Of a stretch of DNA of 64,000 nt, positions 26,899 to 40,179 are shown in pieces. This stretch comes from Vicugna vicugna. Taxonomy: Eukaryota. The stretch's first letter is position 1. Every line of letters starts with the position of its first letter. Below the pieces are notes generated by a model. It did no database searches, was not told the DNA's origin, and was given only the letters and a program-made list of their open reading frames with translations. The translations under genes and the position numbers were made by a program. The stretch lies in contig MU058384.1 of assembly GCA_013265495.1 (NCBI GenBank), forward strand, positions 185,622 to 249,621, read 5' to 3'.

Positions 26899-27845
26899 TT
26901 TTTTTGGTTAAAGTATAGTTGACTTACAAGGTTGTATTAGTTTCAGGTGTACAAAGTGATTCAGGTCTGTGTGTATATATATACTTTTTCAGATTCTTTT
27001 CCATTATAGTTTATTATAAGGTAATGAATATAGTTCCCTGTGCCATACAGGAAGTCCGTGTTTGTTGTCTATTGTATATACAGTACTGTGTATCTGTTAA
27101 TTCCAAACTCCTAATTTATCCCCCTCCACCTTTCCTCTTTGATAACCAGAAGTTTGTTCTCTATGTCAGTGAGTCTATTTCTATTTTGTAAATCAGTTCA
27201 TCTGTATCATTATTTTAGATTCCACATAAAAGTGATATATGATACTTGTCTTTGACTTACTTCACTTAGTATGATAATCTCTGGGTCCATCCATGTTTCT
27301 GCAAATGGCATTATTTCATTCTTATGGCTGAATAATATTCAGTTGTATACATATGTATATGACATATACATATACCACCTCTTCTTTTTCTATTCATTTC
27401 TCGGTGGAAATTTAGGTTGCTTCCATGTCTTGGCTATTTTAAATAGTGCTGCTATGAACATTGGGGTGCATGTATCTTTATGAATTACAGTTTTCTCCAG
27501 GTATATGCCCAGGAGTGGGATTGATGGATCATATTATGGTAGCTCTATTTTTAGTTTTTTAAGGAACGACCATACTGTTCTCCATAGTGGCTGCATCAGT
27601 TTACCTTCTCATCAATGGTATAGGAGGGTTCCCTTTCTCCACACCCTCTCCAGCATTTATTACTTGTAGACTTTTTGATGATGATCCTTTTGACCTGTGT
27701 GAGGTGATATCTCATTGTAGTTTTTGACTTGCATATTTCTAATAATTAGTGACATTGAACATATTTTCATGTGACTGTTGGCCATCTGTATGTCTTTAGA
27801 GAAATATATACTTGGGTCTTCTGCCCATTTTTTGATTGGGTAAAA
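26899..27845 (-). mobile_element. 5'-truncated lineage-specific L1 with TSD
   Basis: Antisense L1 3' UTR and ORF2 C-terminus; exact 15 bp TSD acataactgatttaa at 26884-26898 and 27846-27860. Confidence 0.95.
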
Positions 27846-28094
27846 ACATAACTGATTTAACAAAATATAATTGTGAATTTCACTCTTAATTTTAGTGGAA
27901 TTTTAAAGAAGTTTAGAACTTTTAAAGGTATAGAATTTTTTTTAATCACTATAATAGCTCTATTTTTCATGAAAAAAAGAAAATTTGAAAATAAGTTACA
28001 AATTGTTGATTAAAGTTGATTAAAAAGTTGATTAAAAAATCAATGGAGTTCCATTAGACATTCGGTAAAATGCCTAAAAGATCAGGAGGGGGTT

Positions 28095-28240
28095 TAGGGG
28101 AGTAATGGGAATACTTCCACATCTCGAAGGTAAGGGTGGTTACATGGGTGTATATCCGTGTCACAGTTCATCTAGCTACACTTAAAATGAGTGCATTTTA
28201 TTTTATGTGAATTATAACTCAATAAAGTTGATTATAAACA
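28095..28240 (+). mobile_element. L1 3' terminal fragment
   Basis: 'ggtggttacatgggtgtata...tacacttaaaatgagtgcattttatt...actcaataaagttg'. Confidence 0.7.
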
Positions 28241-29389
28241 TTCCACATAAGCTTACTTACCCATTAGATTTCCCTTAACATTTTAGTGAAGTTTCTCTCA
28301 TTATTTTTTACTGTATCAGGATTTCCATCTCCATCTTTAACTCTATCGTTTTTATCTCTATCTTCACCTCTATCTTGATTTCAATTTCTTTATCTACCGT
28401 TCAATCTATACCTAATTATAAAAATAGTTATGCCATTTCTCTCATTTGAATTTTTCTTGAGGCAGTATTTCAAAACTAATTGAAGAAAATATTTCAGAAA
28501 CATTTGTCAACTATATATGACACAATTATATACTATCCTGAAATTGTTATTTAAATATTACTTATTAAATATATCCTTCATTATTTGTTATTTGTATAAT
28601 TTTTGAATTATATTATTATAATGGCAGTTAATATTTTAATACACTTGCCTGTCATATATTGCTAATAATTTCCTTTAATACATTTATTTAAGATGTTAAA
28701 GTATTCAAACACTATTCAGTTTGGTGATGCTATAGTACACTCATACATTCAAAAATTACTGTGGCCAGGTAGTAGGATACTAGGTACCCATTTTTTGACA
28801 CCAATAGATGGTCTAATTTTATTTTTAAATCATTCAGTTAAGGTCAAATGTTTTAAATGAATCAATAATATTAATTTGCATTTTACTAACACATATGAGG
28901 TTGAATTTTTTTATATTTCTCTAATTTTTATCTCTCTTATAAATTTGTTTATTTATTGGTTTCTGTTGTGCATTTTAAAAGTAAGACATTTATTCCTCTT
29001 TCATTGATTTTAGAAGCTCCTCACATATTAAATAATCTGATATTTTTGACTTATATTATACAAATATTTTAACAGCTCATATAGTTCTTTTACCTAGTTT
29101 TTTCTTTTTAATAGAGTATGTTGACATTTGACTCTTTATTTCATATGCCATTTTTTGATACATGGTGGTATACAACATTAATTTCCAGTTAACTACTTAT
29201 CCCAAAATTGTTTACTTATAAGCCATTCAAAATAAATTTCTAATTCTAGCTTTTATGAACTGTAAAGTGCTATTTTGAAGACTAAATCAATCAATGCATG
29301 TACACATCCAAAACTCATGAATTTCTTCTCTCTCCTTTACAACACTTACCATTGCCTGAATTTATTTTATTTTCAAACCTTCATTATTT

Positions 29390-29748
29390 GCCTATTTCTA
29401 GTTATCTGTTGCTTTGTAACAAAAATTAGTAGCTTAAACCACATCTTATTACTATTGCTCACATTTCTGTGGTCGACTGGGCTCAGAGGTCTGTGCTTAC
29501 TGAAGGTTTCTCATCTAATGCAGTTATCTGAAGACTTCACTAGGGAATGTGTCCTGGATGGCTCACACACAGGACTGGAGAAGCTGGTTATCAGCTGAGA
29601 GCTCAGCCACATTCCATTCATTGTTCATGCCACCATTTCCTTCCATTGATCATACAAATCATCAATACCAAAGTCAAAGAAAGTGGAATTATTTTCTGCC
29701 TCAATAACAAGAGTAGCAAAAGATGTGTGATCTTATTTAATTTGCCTG
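29390..29748 (-). mobile_element. MLT1 (G/H-like) MaLR LTR within old antisense L1 sequence
   Basis: 'agttatctgttgctttgtaacaaaaattagtagcttaaacc...ctcacatttctgtggtcgactgggctcag'. Confidence 0.7.
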
Positions 29749-29907
29749 TCTTTTCCACCTCCTTGATGACAGAGCATCTATCTTTTTAAATTGCTTATTC
29801 TCAACCACCTAGAACAATGCTTGGGATTCTCCAGATGTCTGTCTTATTATTGTTCCTGTTATATTCCATTAATCTACTCATTCTGCACCAGTACCACACA
29901 TTTAAAA

Positions 29908-30597
29908 CAACCCAATTCCACTTCTGGGTATATATCCAAAAAATTGAAATCAGGGTTTTAAAAAGATATCTACACCCTTATGTTCATTGCACCAATACTC
30001 TCAATAGCCAAGATATGGAAACAATGAAAAATCCATTAACAGACAAATGGATAAAAATTGTGATATATACATATAATTGAATACTATTCAGCCTTAACAA
30101 AGAAAGAAATCTTGTCATTTGTGACAACAAGGATGTACCTGGAAGAAATTATACCAAGTAAAATAAGTCAGGCACAGAAGGACAAATACTGAATGATTTC
30201 CCTTATATGTGACTTCTAAAATGGTCAAACTTACAGAAGGAGAAAAGAGATTGATGGTTCCCAAAGATGGGGGCAGGGGAAAACGGGAAGCTGTTGTTCA
30301 ATGGGTATAAAGTTATAGTTGTACAAGATGAACAGATTCTAGAAGTCAGTTGTACAATATAGTGCCTATAGTTAACAGTATAGTGTTGTACACTTAAAAT
30401 TTTGTTAAGAAGGTGTATCAAGAAAAAAAAAGCAAGCAAAAGGACACAAGGAAAATTTTGGAAGTGATTAATATTTTTATCATTTTGATTGTGGTGATGG
30501 TATTACACGTATATACATCTGTTTAAACTCATCAGATTGTCTACATTAAATATGTGCAGTTTTTTTATATCAGTTATGCCTCAAAGCTGTAAAAATA
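29908..30597 (+). mobile_element. L1MA9-like 3' end
   Basis: 'caattccacttctgggtatatatcc...gttgttcaatgggtataaagtt-like...ggacacaaggaaaattttgga...tacattaaatatgtgcag'. Confidence 0.85.
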
Positions 30598-30734
30598 CTT
30601 TAGCTTTATATTTTAGTACCTGACAGGGCTGTGCAAATATGTTTTATTGAACTCCGTGAACATAATACTAAAGGAAAATCTCTTTACCTCAAGTCTGTAT
30701 CTTATTTTGAGAGTATTTTGTTGTTTGGAGGTGT

Positions 30735-31620
30735 TAGAGATGAGAAAAAGTTATATTTTCCAGTCTGGCAAGTTCTGGATTATGTATGGCATCAAAATTC
30801 TGCTTACTAATTTATTTTGAGCCCATCACTTGCTTTTAGCTTTTATTTTTTTGCAGCTAGAAGAGCAAAACCCAAGTTGTCAACATTCTGTTTTCCCTGG
30901 AGTTCTTTTTGTGCAGTTCCAAAAGTTCATTAGGTACATTTTCAATCTTCTAAGTAACCTTACGTGAGAGTTTTACCAAATATTTCATCACGATGAAACA
31001 CATGTCTCCAATTTCTCAACCTCCTAAAACAGTTCCCTTGACATTTCCCCTGTCTCTTCTGTTTACTTAGAGCCTGCTGCTTGTTGCAAAGGCAATGCCA
31101 GATAATTTTGGTTTTTCTAATGGCGGTACCCCTCTTCTGGTACCAATTTCTGAATCAGTTAACTCTTACTAAAAACCCCCAAAGCTAAGAGTCATTACTT
31201 AGCTCATGAGTTTGTAGATAGGCTGCTGGGGGTGGGAATGGGAAAGCCATCTCCGCTGGATCTGTTTGCTGAACCAGCAAACTAGCCAAACCACGTTCTC
31301 TCATGGTGAAAGCAGGGATGGTGCATACATGTGTTTTTTTTTTTNNNNNNNNNNNNNNNNNNNNNNNNNNNNNNNNNNNNNNNNNNNNNNNNNNNNNNNN
31401 NNNNNNNNNNNNNNNNNNNNNNNNNNNNNNNNTTTTTTTTTTTTTTTTTTTTTGGCCTTTGGTTAAGTTACTCTCATCAATACCCCAGTGGCCAAAGCAC
31501 GTTATCGGGCTAAATACAAAGCCAAAGGGCAGGGAAATATATTCTACCTCCTTAGTGGTAGGGGCTGTAAAAATCACATGGCACAAGAGATGTGAATATG
31601 TAAATTGATAAAATCTAGGA
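30735..31620 (-). mobile_element. MaLR internal sequence joined to an MLT1 LTR
   Basis: Int/LTR junction 'cccctcttctggtaccaatttctg' at ~31130-31152; LTR motif 'cccagtggccaaagcacg...gggcagggaaatatattctacc'. Confidence 0.65.
31345..31432. other. Assembly gap (88 N) flanked by poly-T
   Basis: Read directly from sequence. Confidence 0.99.
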
Positions 31621-31759
31621 CAACTCGAACCCTTCCTGCTTCGCTGATGCAGGTTTATTTCTTTTCACACTTAAGTGGAGGTATAGGCCTTTGGCATTTT
31701 GTCTGTGGACACATGCTTCCTGGAAGAACATAAAATGTACTGGGAAATAAATGAATACA

Positions 31760-32000
31760 GTGGTTTCAGAGTGTTATTCATTCTAAGATATTATTAGACA
31801 CAAACTGCCTTGGTTCAGATATCATTTTTCTCTGGTTCCTTAACTGACCACTTTTTAGCTGTTATTACAGATTTCTTATACTTTCTTAGTCTTCATTTTC
31901 TCTAAGTTTACTTAGGTATACTTAGGATAGTACCTAGTGCATGGGACTTTTATTAGGCTTAAATAAGTATGCAGAATGTGTAAAACGGTGCTAATGTTGG
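31760..32000 (+). mobile_element. MIR SINE
   Basis: 'agacacaaactgccttggttcagat...cttagtcttcattttctc...atagtacctagtgcatggg'. Confidence 0.6.
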
Positions 32001-34984
32001 GAAACTCACTCCGAGGAGATGATATTTCAGTTGATAGTTGAATGCTAAAACAAAATCAGTTAAGGGGATCCGTGCATGAACATTCCAGGCAGACGATACA
32101 GTAGTTTAAAGGCCCAAAGGAAAAAGATCTTGACGGCATTGAGGAGTAGGAAGAAAGTCAACGTATTAGTCTTTCATTCAGGTTTCTTCAATGTGGCTAA
32201 AAATCAATGCTTCATTACTATATTTACCATTTTATTTGTTTATTTTTAAATTTTGTGCTTTTTACTTAATTACTAGAAGACATGTTTATTTTGTTATCTT
32301 CACTTTCTTCACAACATAGAATTTTAAAACTTGAAATCATAGTTTCCTCAATGAGTCACCTTTCTTCTCTGTTGTCAAAATTATGACATTATCCTGCAGA
32401 TACCCCAGACAAATAATTGTTGAAATTTCCTTTGATTTCTCAGCACTCTTACCTCATTTACCCATTTAGAGTCCAAGCTTTATAGATTTCTCTTGTTAAG
32501 TCCTTGAAATACTGTTTTCCTCCTAGTGTCTTCATCTACCACACTAGTCCAGCTCATCATCACTTCATTCATGATCTGTCTCTTAGTTCATTTCAGTCAA
32601 TGTCTTAGCAGATATTAGGATGCTACTTACAACAGTCTTGTCTTTATAGCAATTGTCACTCCCCCGAATGCTACCCCTACTGTTGCTTATTAGATGGTAT
32701 TTCCACTGATAAGAGAAGAATGTTACAATGAAGAGTCCTCAGCTTGACAACAGGATCCTCAGTGTTTCCATCAATAATTCTTTAAGCAAGTTGCTTAAGA
32801 TTTCTAAGGCTAAATGTCTTCAACGTTAAAACAGCATAGGAAGTGATACTTCCTTCATCCCATCCACTTTTCAAGCCATTTAGCCATGCAAACATACATA
32901 CATTCAATAAATCTTTATTGCTCACTAAACAATATAGTTCCAGGGACTCAACTATAAACAAGGAATATAAAAATGAAAAAAAAAAGTATACTTCACTTAC
33001 AAGGTGTGCAAATCTCACCTTTCATGTTTTTGTGCTTATATTTCAAAGCAAATCAAAAAGAAGACAAATTAATGCAAATGTAGTAGTTCAAGGAAAATTT
33101 ATTGATGTTTGAAACCTAAATGTAATTGTAGAAAATCAGACTTCCTTAGATATCCATTTAAAACTTTATTCTTTGTGCATCTAAAAACTGAGTAACTGAG
33201 TTTTTTTCTGATATGGCAATTTAAAATTTTCTACCTATTAGGGAAAAACAATAAAAGTGTACTAATTATGGTTTCCCTAAATTTATTTCCATGGGATACT
33301 TTTGTAGGAAACATTGAAGAAAGAGTCATTTGGGGGTGCTTAATTTTCAGGTTTGGCAGTGACTAAGATAACTTTTGTTTCAAATAGTTAAGTCATTTTG
33401 GTCCTTGACAGTGCATACTTTAATTAAATTGATATCAATGAAGGTAATACAGCATAAAAACAACATTACAGTGGATTTAATGTTCACTACCTTCTATACT
33501 GTTTAGATTGGGATAATTAAACCTGGCATATTTATTAAAGAAAAAAAATACATCAATTTAAGATTACTCTTTAATGAATTTATTTAGTAGTAAAATCTTT
33601 AGCATTAAATATTTAAAACAGCTTATGAATATATTTTATTCCCTCAAATGTACTAATGAATTTTTAATACTAAGCAAATGTTCAATTTTATTTCTTTTTT
33701 CTCTGTGTGTATATGTATACTTTATTTTATTTAAAATTGATTTCAACAGAGTCTATTTATACCTCATAAGAAACCTTAAGGTGGACACATTTTTTTCCCC
33801 TATAGGTGAAATAGTAAATCCTGGCTTCACAGTCTTTAAGACTAAATGAAAGGAGGATTTAAAAGAGGATCTAATATATTTATAGGCCAAAGATCAGGAA
33901 AGTCATGTCCTCAAATGTTACGCCTTCTTCAGTGGAAAGGTTTCTTGCTTTTAAGGATTAAGATACTCATGTAAAATCTTCATTTCCCTTTGCTAGACTC
34001 AAATTCATCCTCTCAAACAGAATTAGCTTAAAGTAAGAATCTGTAGAGTATCTGGCCAAAATCTAAATAATATTTCACAATAAGATCATGAAATAATCTT
34101 GTTTGAACTGCATAGAAGGCTCTTCCACACCATCACGCTCTGAGAGACCGTTCCAGCTATCACAGGCCTGCTTTTCATTAAGGTGGGCCTCTGTGAGTTT
34201 ACTGATGATTTCTGTCTTTCCTCTTTTGGCCTCAGTACTTTAGACCCAGCAGAGTTTAATGCATGGTTTATGCTTTTATTATTTATAATTTGTGAATTGC
34301 TTCGAAAATTGCATATTCATTTTTCCTGTATATCATTCTCCTCTTCTTAGAAATTGTGTTTTGTTCCGTTAAGTACAGATACTGAAGACAAGAAACTTTC
34401 TAAGGATAGTCATCCCGGGTAAATGATAAATTCATAAATCAAGGTCTAAATTTCTTTGTTCTGCTTTATGTTGTCCTTTGACACAGGAAATTTGACTAAA
34501 TCTCTGTAAATTCATCAAATGAAATAAAATGGAATCATTTGTCTTCAATTATTTTTGGAACTCAGTTGTTTTCTTTAAAAAGAATATACATACTGTGTAT
34601 TTTTCTCACTTTAATCATACTTACCTTGCAGGTTACAAGGCCCTTTGTATATATGGTCCATTCACTGGTGATTCCTGTGCAAAAGGTCCCCTGTGAAAAT
34701 CTGTAGCTAAATGATATCTAATTTTGCAATTGGAAGACTATAAGGAATACAAAGAATATAAAGAACACTAGTAATAACAGCAATACAAGTAGTTTTTAGG
34801 TATGCTTTTTGCATTACTTAAGTTTCTATTAATTCATTATCTGCTTAATTCTGAAGAGGCTCAAGAATTAATTATGCTTCGTCTTGAGGTCCATAGTCAT
34901 CATAACTGATTTGCTAAACGCTTACAATAATGTGAACACAAATAATGTTGAATGCTCTACGCTGGTTCACCTGCTTATATTATA

Positions 34985-36445
34985 TATTTACTTTCTCCAT
35001 GTCCTCTCCTCCTGCTCTCTCTGGAATCCCCTTCAGTCATGCTGTCTTTCTCACAGTCTACCAGGGCTGCTCTTGTCAGGGTCATTCATGGTCTTCATGC
35101 TGATAAATCCAGTGGTCAGTTCTCAGTGTTCATCTCACTTGATTTATAAGCTGCACTGACATGGTGATTGCTCCTTCCTCCCAGAGTAACTTTTCACTGG
35201 ACTTCCAGAAGAAAATTCTCTTGGTTTCACCTACTTAGTGGCCACACTGTGAATCTCCTTTGTAAGGTTTCCCTTTTCTTCTTGATTTTTTGATGGTGGA
35301 CTACTGCAGAATTGAGCGTCTTTGAAACTCTGCTCTTTCCTACCTGTGTTCTCTATTGTTGAACTCATACAGTCTCAGGACATGAAATAACATTTGTATT
35401 CTGAAAATTCCAAACATAACTTCAGATTTTTCACTGTAAACTTAGACAAATATACAGCTGCCTACTTACCCCTTTTGCATTTCAAGCAGATATCTCCTGA
35501 TCTTAATTTGTCCTAACCTTTTCCCCAAATCGTGCTTTTCCCTCACGCTTCCCTTTTGGTGTTAATGGCAACTCCCTCTTTCCAGTTTTAAATGTTAGAA
35601 ACCTTGGGGTCACCCCCTTCACGTCTGTCTTCTTCCTACATTCCAAAATACATTTCTTCAGGAAGTACTGATGGGTCATCAGCTATATCTAGAATCCAAC
35701 TGCTTACGCTACCACTGCAGTCCAAGCCGTTATTATACCCTACCTGTATGTCTCCAGTAGCTTCCAGAGTTGTCCACAGAAAGTCACTTCTCAACACAGT
35801 AGCCTCAAGAATCTTGTTTAAGGAGGATAATGTCACCTCTCTGCTCAAAATCTTCCAAAGGCACTTATTGCCTAAGGGTACAAGCCTGTGGGTTTTGTTT
35901 TTAGTGAAGAAATTGGTTTAATTTTTTTAAAAAATTTTTGTTTAAATGTACTTGATTTACAATGTTAGTTTCAGGTGTACAGCTAAGTGATTCAGTTATA
36001 CATATACATATATATTTTTTTTAATTTTAGATTCTTTTCCATTGTATGTTATTACAAGAAATCCAATAGAGTTCCTTGTGCTCTACAGTAGGTCCTTGTT
36101 ATTTATCTATTTTATATATAGTAATGTGTGTCTGTTAATCCTCAGCCCCTAATTTATCCCTCCCCATGGTTGCCCTTTGGTAACCATAGTTTGTTTTCAA
36201 GCCTATGTTTTCATACAAGCCAACAAGACCTTACATGATACAGAGCATCTTAATGCTTTTGCTTCAGATTCTACTATTCTCTATTTTTTCACTCTTTTCT
36301 TGGTCTCTTAACTACCCTGTGGACCACACCACCTGAGTGAGGTCCAGCCTCAGAGTCACTGTGCTAACAGTTTCCAATGTCTGGAATGCTCTTCTCCAGA
36401 TATCAACAGGTCTCACTCCCTCAGTTAATTCAAATTGTGAATAAA
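34985..36445 (+). mobile_element. L2 LINE (RT remnant to 3' region), interrupted by an L1 tail
   Basis: ORF 34952..35149 contains STRAALVRVIHGLHADKSSGQFSVFISLDL, matching the L2 RT motif STETALxKVxNDL...SVLILLDL; downstream 'tgtcacctctctgctcaaaatcttccaa'. Confidence 0.88.
35891..36197 (-). mobile_element. Short L1 3' tail insertion with TSD
   Basis: 'ttgatttacaatgttagtttcaggtgtacagc...ctttggtaaccata'; TSD caagcctgtg (35881) / caagcctatg (36198). Confidence 0.9.
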
Positions 36446-36451
36446 CTCTTT

Positions 36452-36815
36452 TGTCTTGGTCTGTGCTGGCTGCTATAAAATAGTACTATATACTAGGTTA
36501 TTGATAAACCACAGACGTTTATTTCTCTCAATTCTAGATGCTGGAAGTCCAAAATTATAGTATCAATATGGTTAGGCCTGGGTGAGGGCCATATTCTGGG
36601 CTGCAAACTACTCACGTTGCATTGTGTCCTCACTTGGTAGAAGGAGAGTGAGAGAGCTCTCTAGGGTGTCTTTCATAGGCACTAATCCCATCCATGAGGG
36701 CTCCACCCTCGTGATCTCATCACCTCCCGAACTCCCACCTCCCAATACCATCACATCACATGATGTGGGGGGTTGGGGATTTCAACATATGAATTTTAGG
36801 GAAACACAAATGGAG
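36452..36815 (-). mobile_element. MLT1A-like LTR
   Basis: 'tgtcttggtctg...ggctgctataa...ggcactaatcccatccatgagggctccaccctc...tttcaacatatgaattttaggg'. Confidence 0.9.
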
Positions 36816-38215
36816 ACTGAACAGAGTAGACTTGTTAGGATGCCACTGACATAATTCAGGCTAAAAATAAAGTTGACGTAAGCAAAGACAGTGGGATTGA
36901 AAGGAATGGATTGATTTTTAGATACTGTGCAATGCATCATACATCATTTTTTATTTTCTTGCAGGGTGCAGAGAGTAGAGGAAAAATCAGATTAACCTTC
37001 ATGAGAACTTGGCTATGTTAGCTTTTGCTTGTAATGTGTAAGCTTTATGTCTATTACAGGGACTGGCCCATAGTTCACTCTCCAATAAACGTTTGATAAA
37101 TAAGTGACCATATCTATTTTAACATACTCTGAGTTTTCATAAAATAAAACAGGTCTGGTTAAGCCATTAATCATATAAATAGGCTCTTGTATCACCACAT
37201 CTCTAAACAAGATCTCAGAACAGTAGGTACTTAACAGTCCTTGTGGATAATGAAAAAATCCTTTACTAATTTTCTCTTTAAATTTAGTATGATAAGCACT
37301 TTGGAGTTGTGATATTGAAGAACATCTTAATCTACTCCAGCACTGGGAATTATCACACCCGTGTGGATGTTCTGTTGAAAGGACTGTAAATGTGACCCTG
37401 CCCATTATCTACCCTAATGATTCCGGAATTGATTACCTTCTCTGTACATAGCAGATTCCTTCATCTTCTAGCCACAGGGACTTTTGCATGGGATCCTTTC
37501 CCTGCTCTGTGATACAGGCAGGGATGCCAGGTGAGCTCATGGCTGCTGCCTTAAAGCTTTGATGGAGGAGGAGATTGGCTACCCTGATGTTAGGACATTT
37601 TCAGCACCTTCCATTTTCCTTCCTTGCCCTGGTTTTAATTAGCATTGGTGATTTAAGGCTGACTACATTTTTCATCCAAGATTTTCTTTCAAGTCACTGA
37701 TCAATAACTCGTTAATGAAGCCAGAAAAAGAGACTGAAGCATTCTTAAATGTCCACTGCCACTCCCAAAAGCAAACAAATAAACAAGCCCTTTGCTGCAC
37801 TGAGGAGATCATTCAGCTAGTTAAATCATGCAGCTGCTACAAGGAAGGATAATTTAGCAAGGAGGGTGCTAACATCCCTAAATGTTAAATTCAACACATA
37901 CTATTTAAAAGATTGTTTTAATGGCTATTAATATTTGTACCATGATTTTCAATTTAACTTTCATGAAATGTTGTAGTCTTAATAATTCAGTTTTCAAGCT
38001 GTAGTTCATCTTAAGAGCCATTAATTCAACCTTCTTGATAAAGAGTTCTTTAGAAGACCATTACATTTTGAATCTCCAAAGGAACAAAGCGGTGTGTCAT
38101 GCACATCCTCAGTATTCAGGCATAGACTGGAGAAGGTCATTTGCACTCACTCGTGTGCCAGACATTTCAAAAATAAAGCGAAAACGGGGAGGTCTCTGTG
38201 CACAGTACAGGGCAC

Positions 38216-38234
38216 TGACCACTAGGTGGCAGAA
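38216..38234 (+). promoter_or_regulatory. Predicted CTCF binding site
   Basis: tgaCCACTAGGTGGCAGaa matches the CTCF core CCASYAGRKGGCRS; unique sequence with nearby retained CpGs. Confidence 0.65.
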
Positions 38235-40039
38235 GCGTTCCTTCAGCGCCTCTGCCTCTTCTGGTGTGGGCTGTAATTAGGTCAGTGTAAGTTAAAGTAG
38301 GGCTGAGAGATGAATAAAGTAGATTTTCTCCTCTGGAACACACTGCAGTTTAATTTCACTTCTTTCTACATTGTGCGATGAAGGTGGATTTAACTTTTAA
38401 AGGCAAAGAGACAAACCTCTGCCAGGATAAATGAAAAGACTCAGGGAGGGCATCTGGCACAACACATGAAAGAAAGGAAATGCTTTCTGGCTGTTACCCT
38501 AATTTTGATATGCGTGTCTTCGTCAGAAATCACTTGCAGAGGTAAAGTGTTACGTGTCTTACATAAGGAGGGGGATGACTTCTGAATCCTGAAGGGGCAT
38601 GCTTGTTGGGTGTAGATGTTAAAAAATTTTCTCCTACGAGAGTAGCGTTAAATGAAATAAAACTCTTTTATCCTTGAAGCTGGTTTTCTCATTTTGCCAG
38701 CGGCCTGAAGCATTTTAATCTGAAAGGAAGACTCCACACCCCAATACAGATTTCCCTTTCCTGCTGAATGAGTCATTAAGGAGGGAAGTGGTCCTGAAGG
38801 TGAATGTTGCAACAGGGTGTTCTATTGGATGCTGTGCATCAGGGGCTCTGGGGAGGACAGGAACCCCTCAAAAATGGGATCAGGCTGTGTGCTAAGCAGC
38901 CATGGTAGGGATCAGGCCACAACTGAGGAGCTGCACGGTCAGAGGGCGTAAGGGGTCACTGTGTTCACTTAGGGAGCAACGGTGGAGGAAAGAAGGACAA
39001 TCACAGGAAGGTCTCCTCTTTCCCAAATTGCTGGTCATGGCTTGGAATGGGCAAGTCGGTTCTTTTTTTTTTTTAAAGAAAATAAAAGCAAATAAGATAT
39101 AAAACGGGCGTAAATAGTCATGTTTCCTGATTTTACATTCTCTAGAGGTTTAGAGCATCCAGCTAATTTAGGTGGTTGTTTTTTTCTTCTCCCGGAATTA
39201 TTGGTCAGCTCACAGGCAGTGCCAGACTCAGAGAGGTAACTGAGGAAATAAGCTAAGTTCCTAGATGGGTGGCTCAGATACACTAAGATTCTTCTTCAGA
39301 CAGTTCTTGGATTTTTATGAAGAATGTTTAGGATTGGACTTGAGAGTGTCCGCCAGCCCCCTCTTCAACATTGCCCAGTTGCTAATGTCTTCGTGTTTGT
39401 TACCCAAAGATTTGTTCAAACATACTGAAACTGGAAATCCACCTGGTTAGCAATTCCTACTGTTTGTGCAGGCTGTTTTCCATCTGTAGCCACAGATGAT
39501 ACGACTACACACTTTGTGTGCAATTCAGTGTTATTATGTTTGCCTATGGAATCATAGACAATCACATTAAAGCTATGTGCAAACATAGTACATGACTAAA
39601 TTCTCCATTCTTAAGTTGATGTTCTGTGTATGTCTCAATATTGTAAGAAGGGAATGGGAATGGAAGAGAGCAGACAAGAACAAGGCAAAAAATAAAGAGC
39701 CTGAAAAAGAGACCCTTGAAATCTTGTTTCAAGGGCACAGGCACTGTCTCTGTATTGTAGTTTCTGCTTATACTAACAGTTTCATTTGCTGACAGACACT
39801 GGTCAGATATGGGACAGCTAAATACTGATGGAATAGAAACAGAAAAGACAGACAATGAATTTATACAGACAGTGGGCTGATCCTTGATGTGTATCTCAGA
39901 AATCAGATAGGTACTTCATCTTGGTTTGGAATTTGGAGACAAATGTTGGAAAAAGATTCTGTTAATCAAAATTTGTTGAAAGGATACAGTGTAGCTAAGA
40001 AAGTAAACACACCCGCAAACACACAGATTGGGCTTTGGG

Positions 40040-40179
40040 GGGGTTGTTTGTTTATTTGGGGGGAGATAATTCGGTTTATTAATTTAAAAAATTTTTTTTG
40101 AAAATGGAGGCACTGGAATTGAACCCAGGACCTCATGCATGCTAAGCATGCACTTTACCACTGAGCTATACCCTCCCCC
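40040..40179 (-). mobile_element. tRNA-Ala-derived SINE, camelid Vic-1-like
   Basis: Minus strand gggggagggtatagctcagtggtaaagtgcatgcttagcatgcatgaggtcctgggttcaattccagtgcctcc (A and B boxes) plus AT-rich tail; degenerate TSD tgggcttt/tgagcttg. Confidence 0.88.

Noticed and set aside
28005..28042. (gttgattaaa)3 short tandem repeat
   Set aside because: Ordinary slippage repeat with no sign of function.
33790..33849. Splice acceptor 'ttttttcccctatag' opening GEIVNPGFTVFKTK*
   Set aside because: No recognisable protein and no convincing donor or linked upstream exon; expected by chance in T-rich DNA.
34600..34700. Splice acceptor 'cttaccttgcag' with a short open frame
   Set aside because: Frames close within ~20 codons and no strong donor was found.
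40105..40179. tRNA-Ala(AGC) gene
   Set aside because: Imperfect cloverleaf, followed by a SINE tail and flanked by a TSD, so a tRNA-derived SINE; the same applies to 49530-49612.
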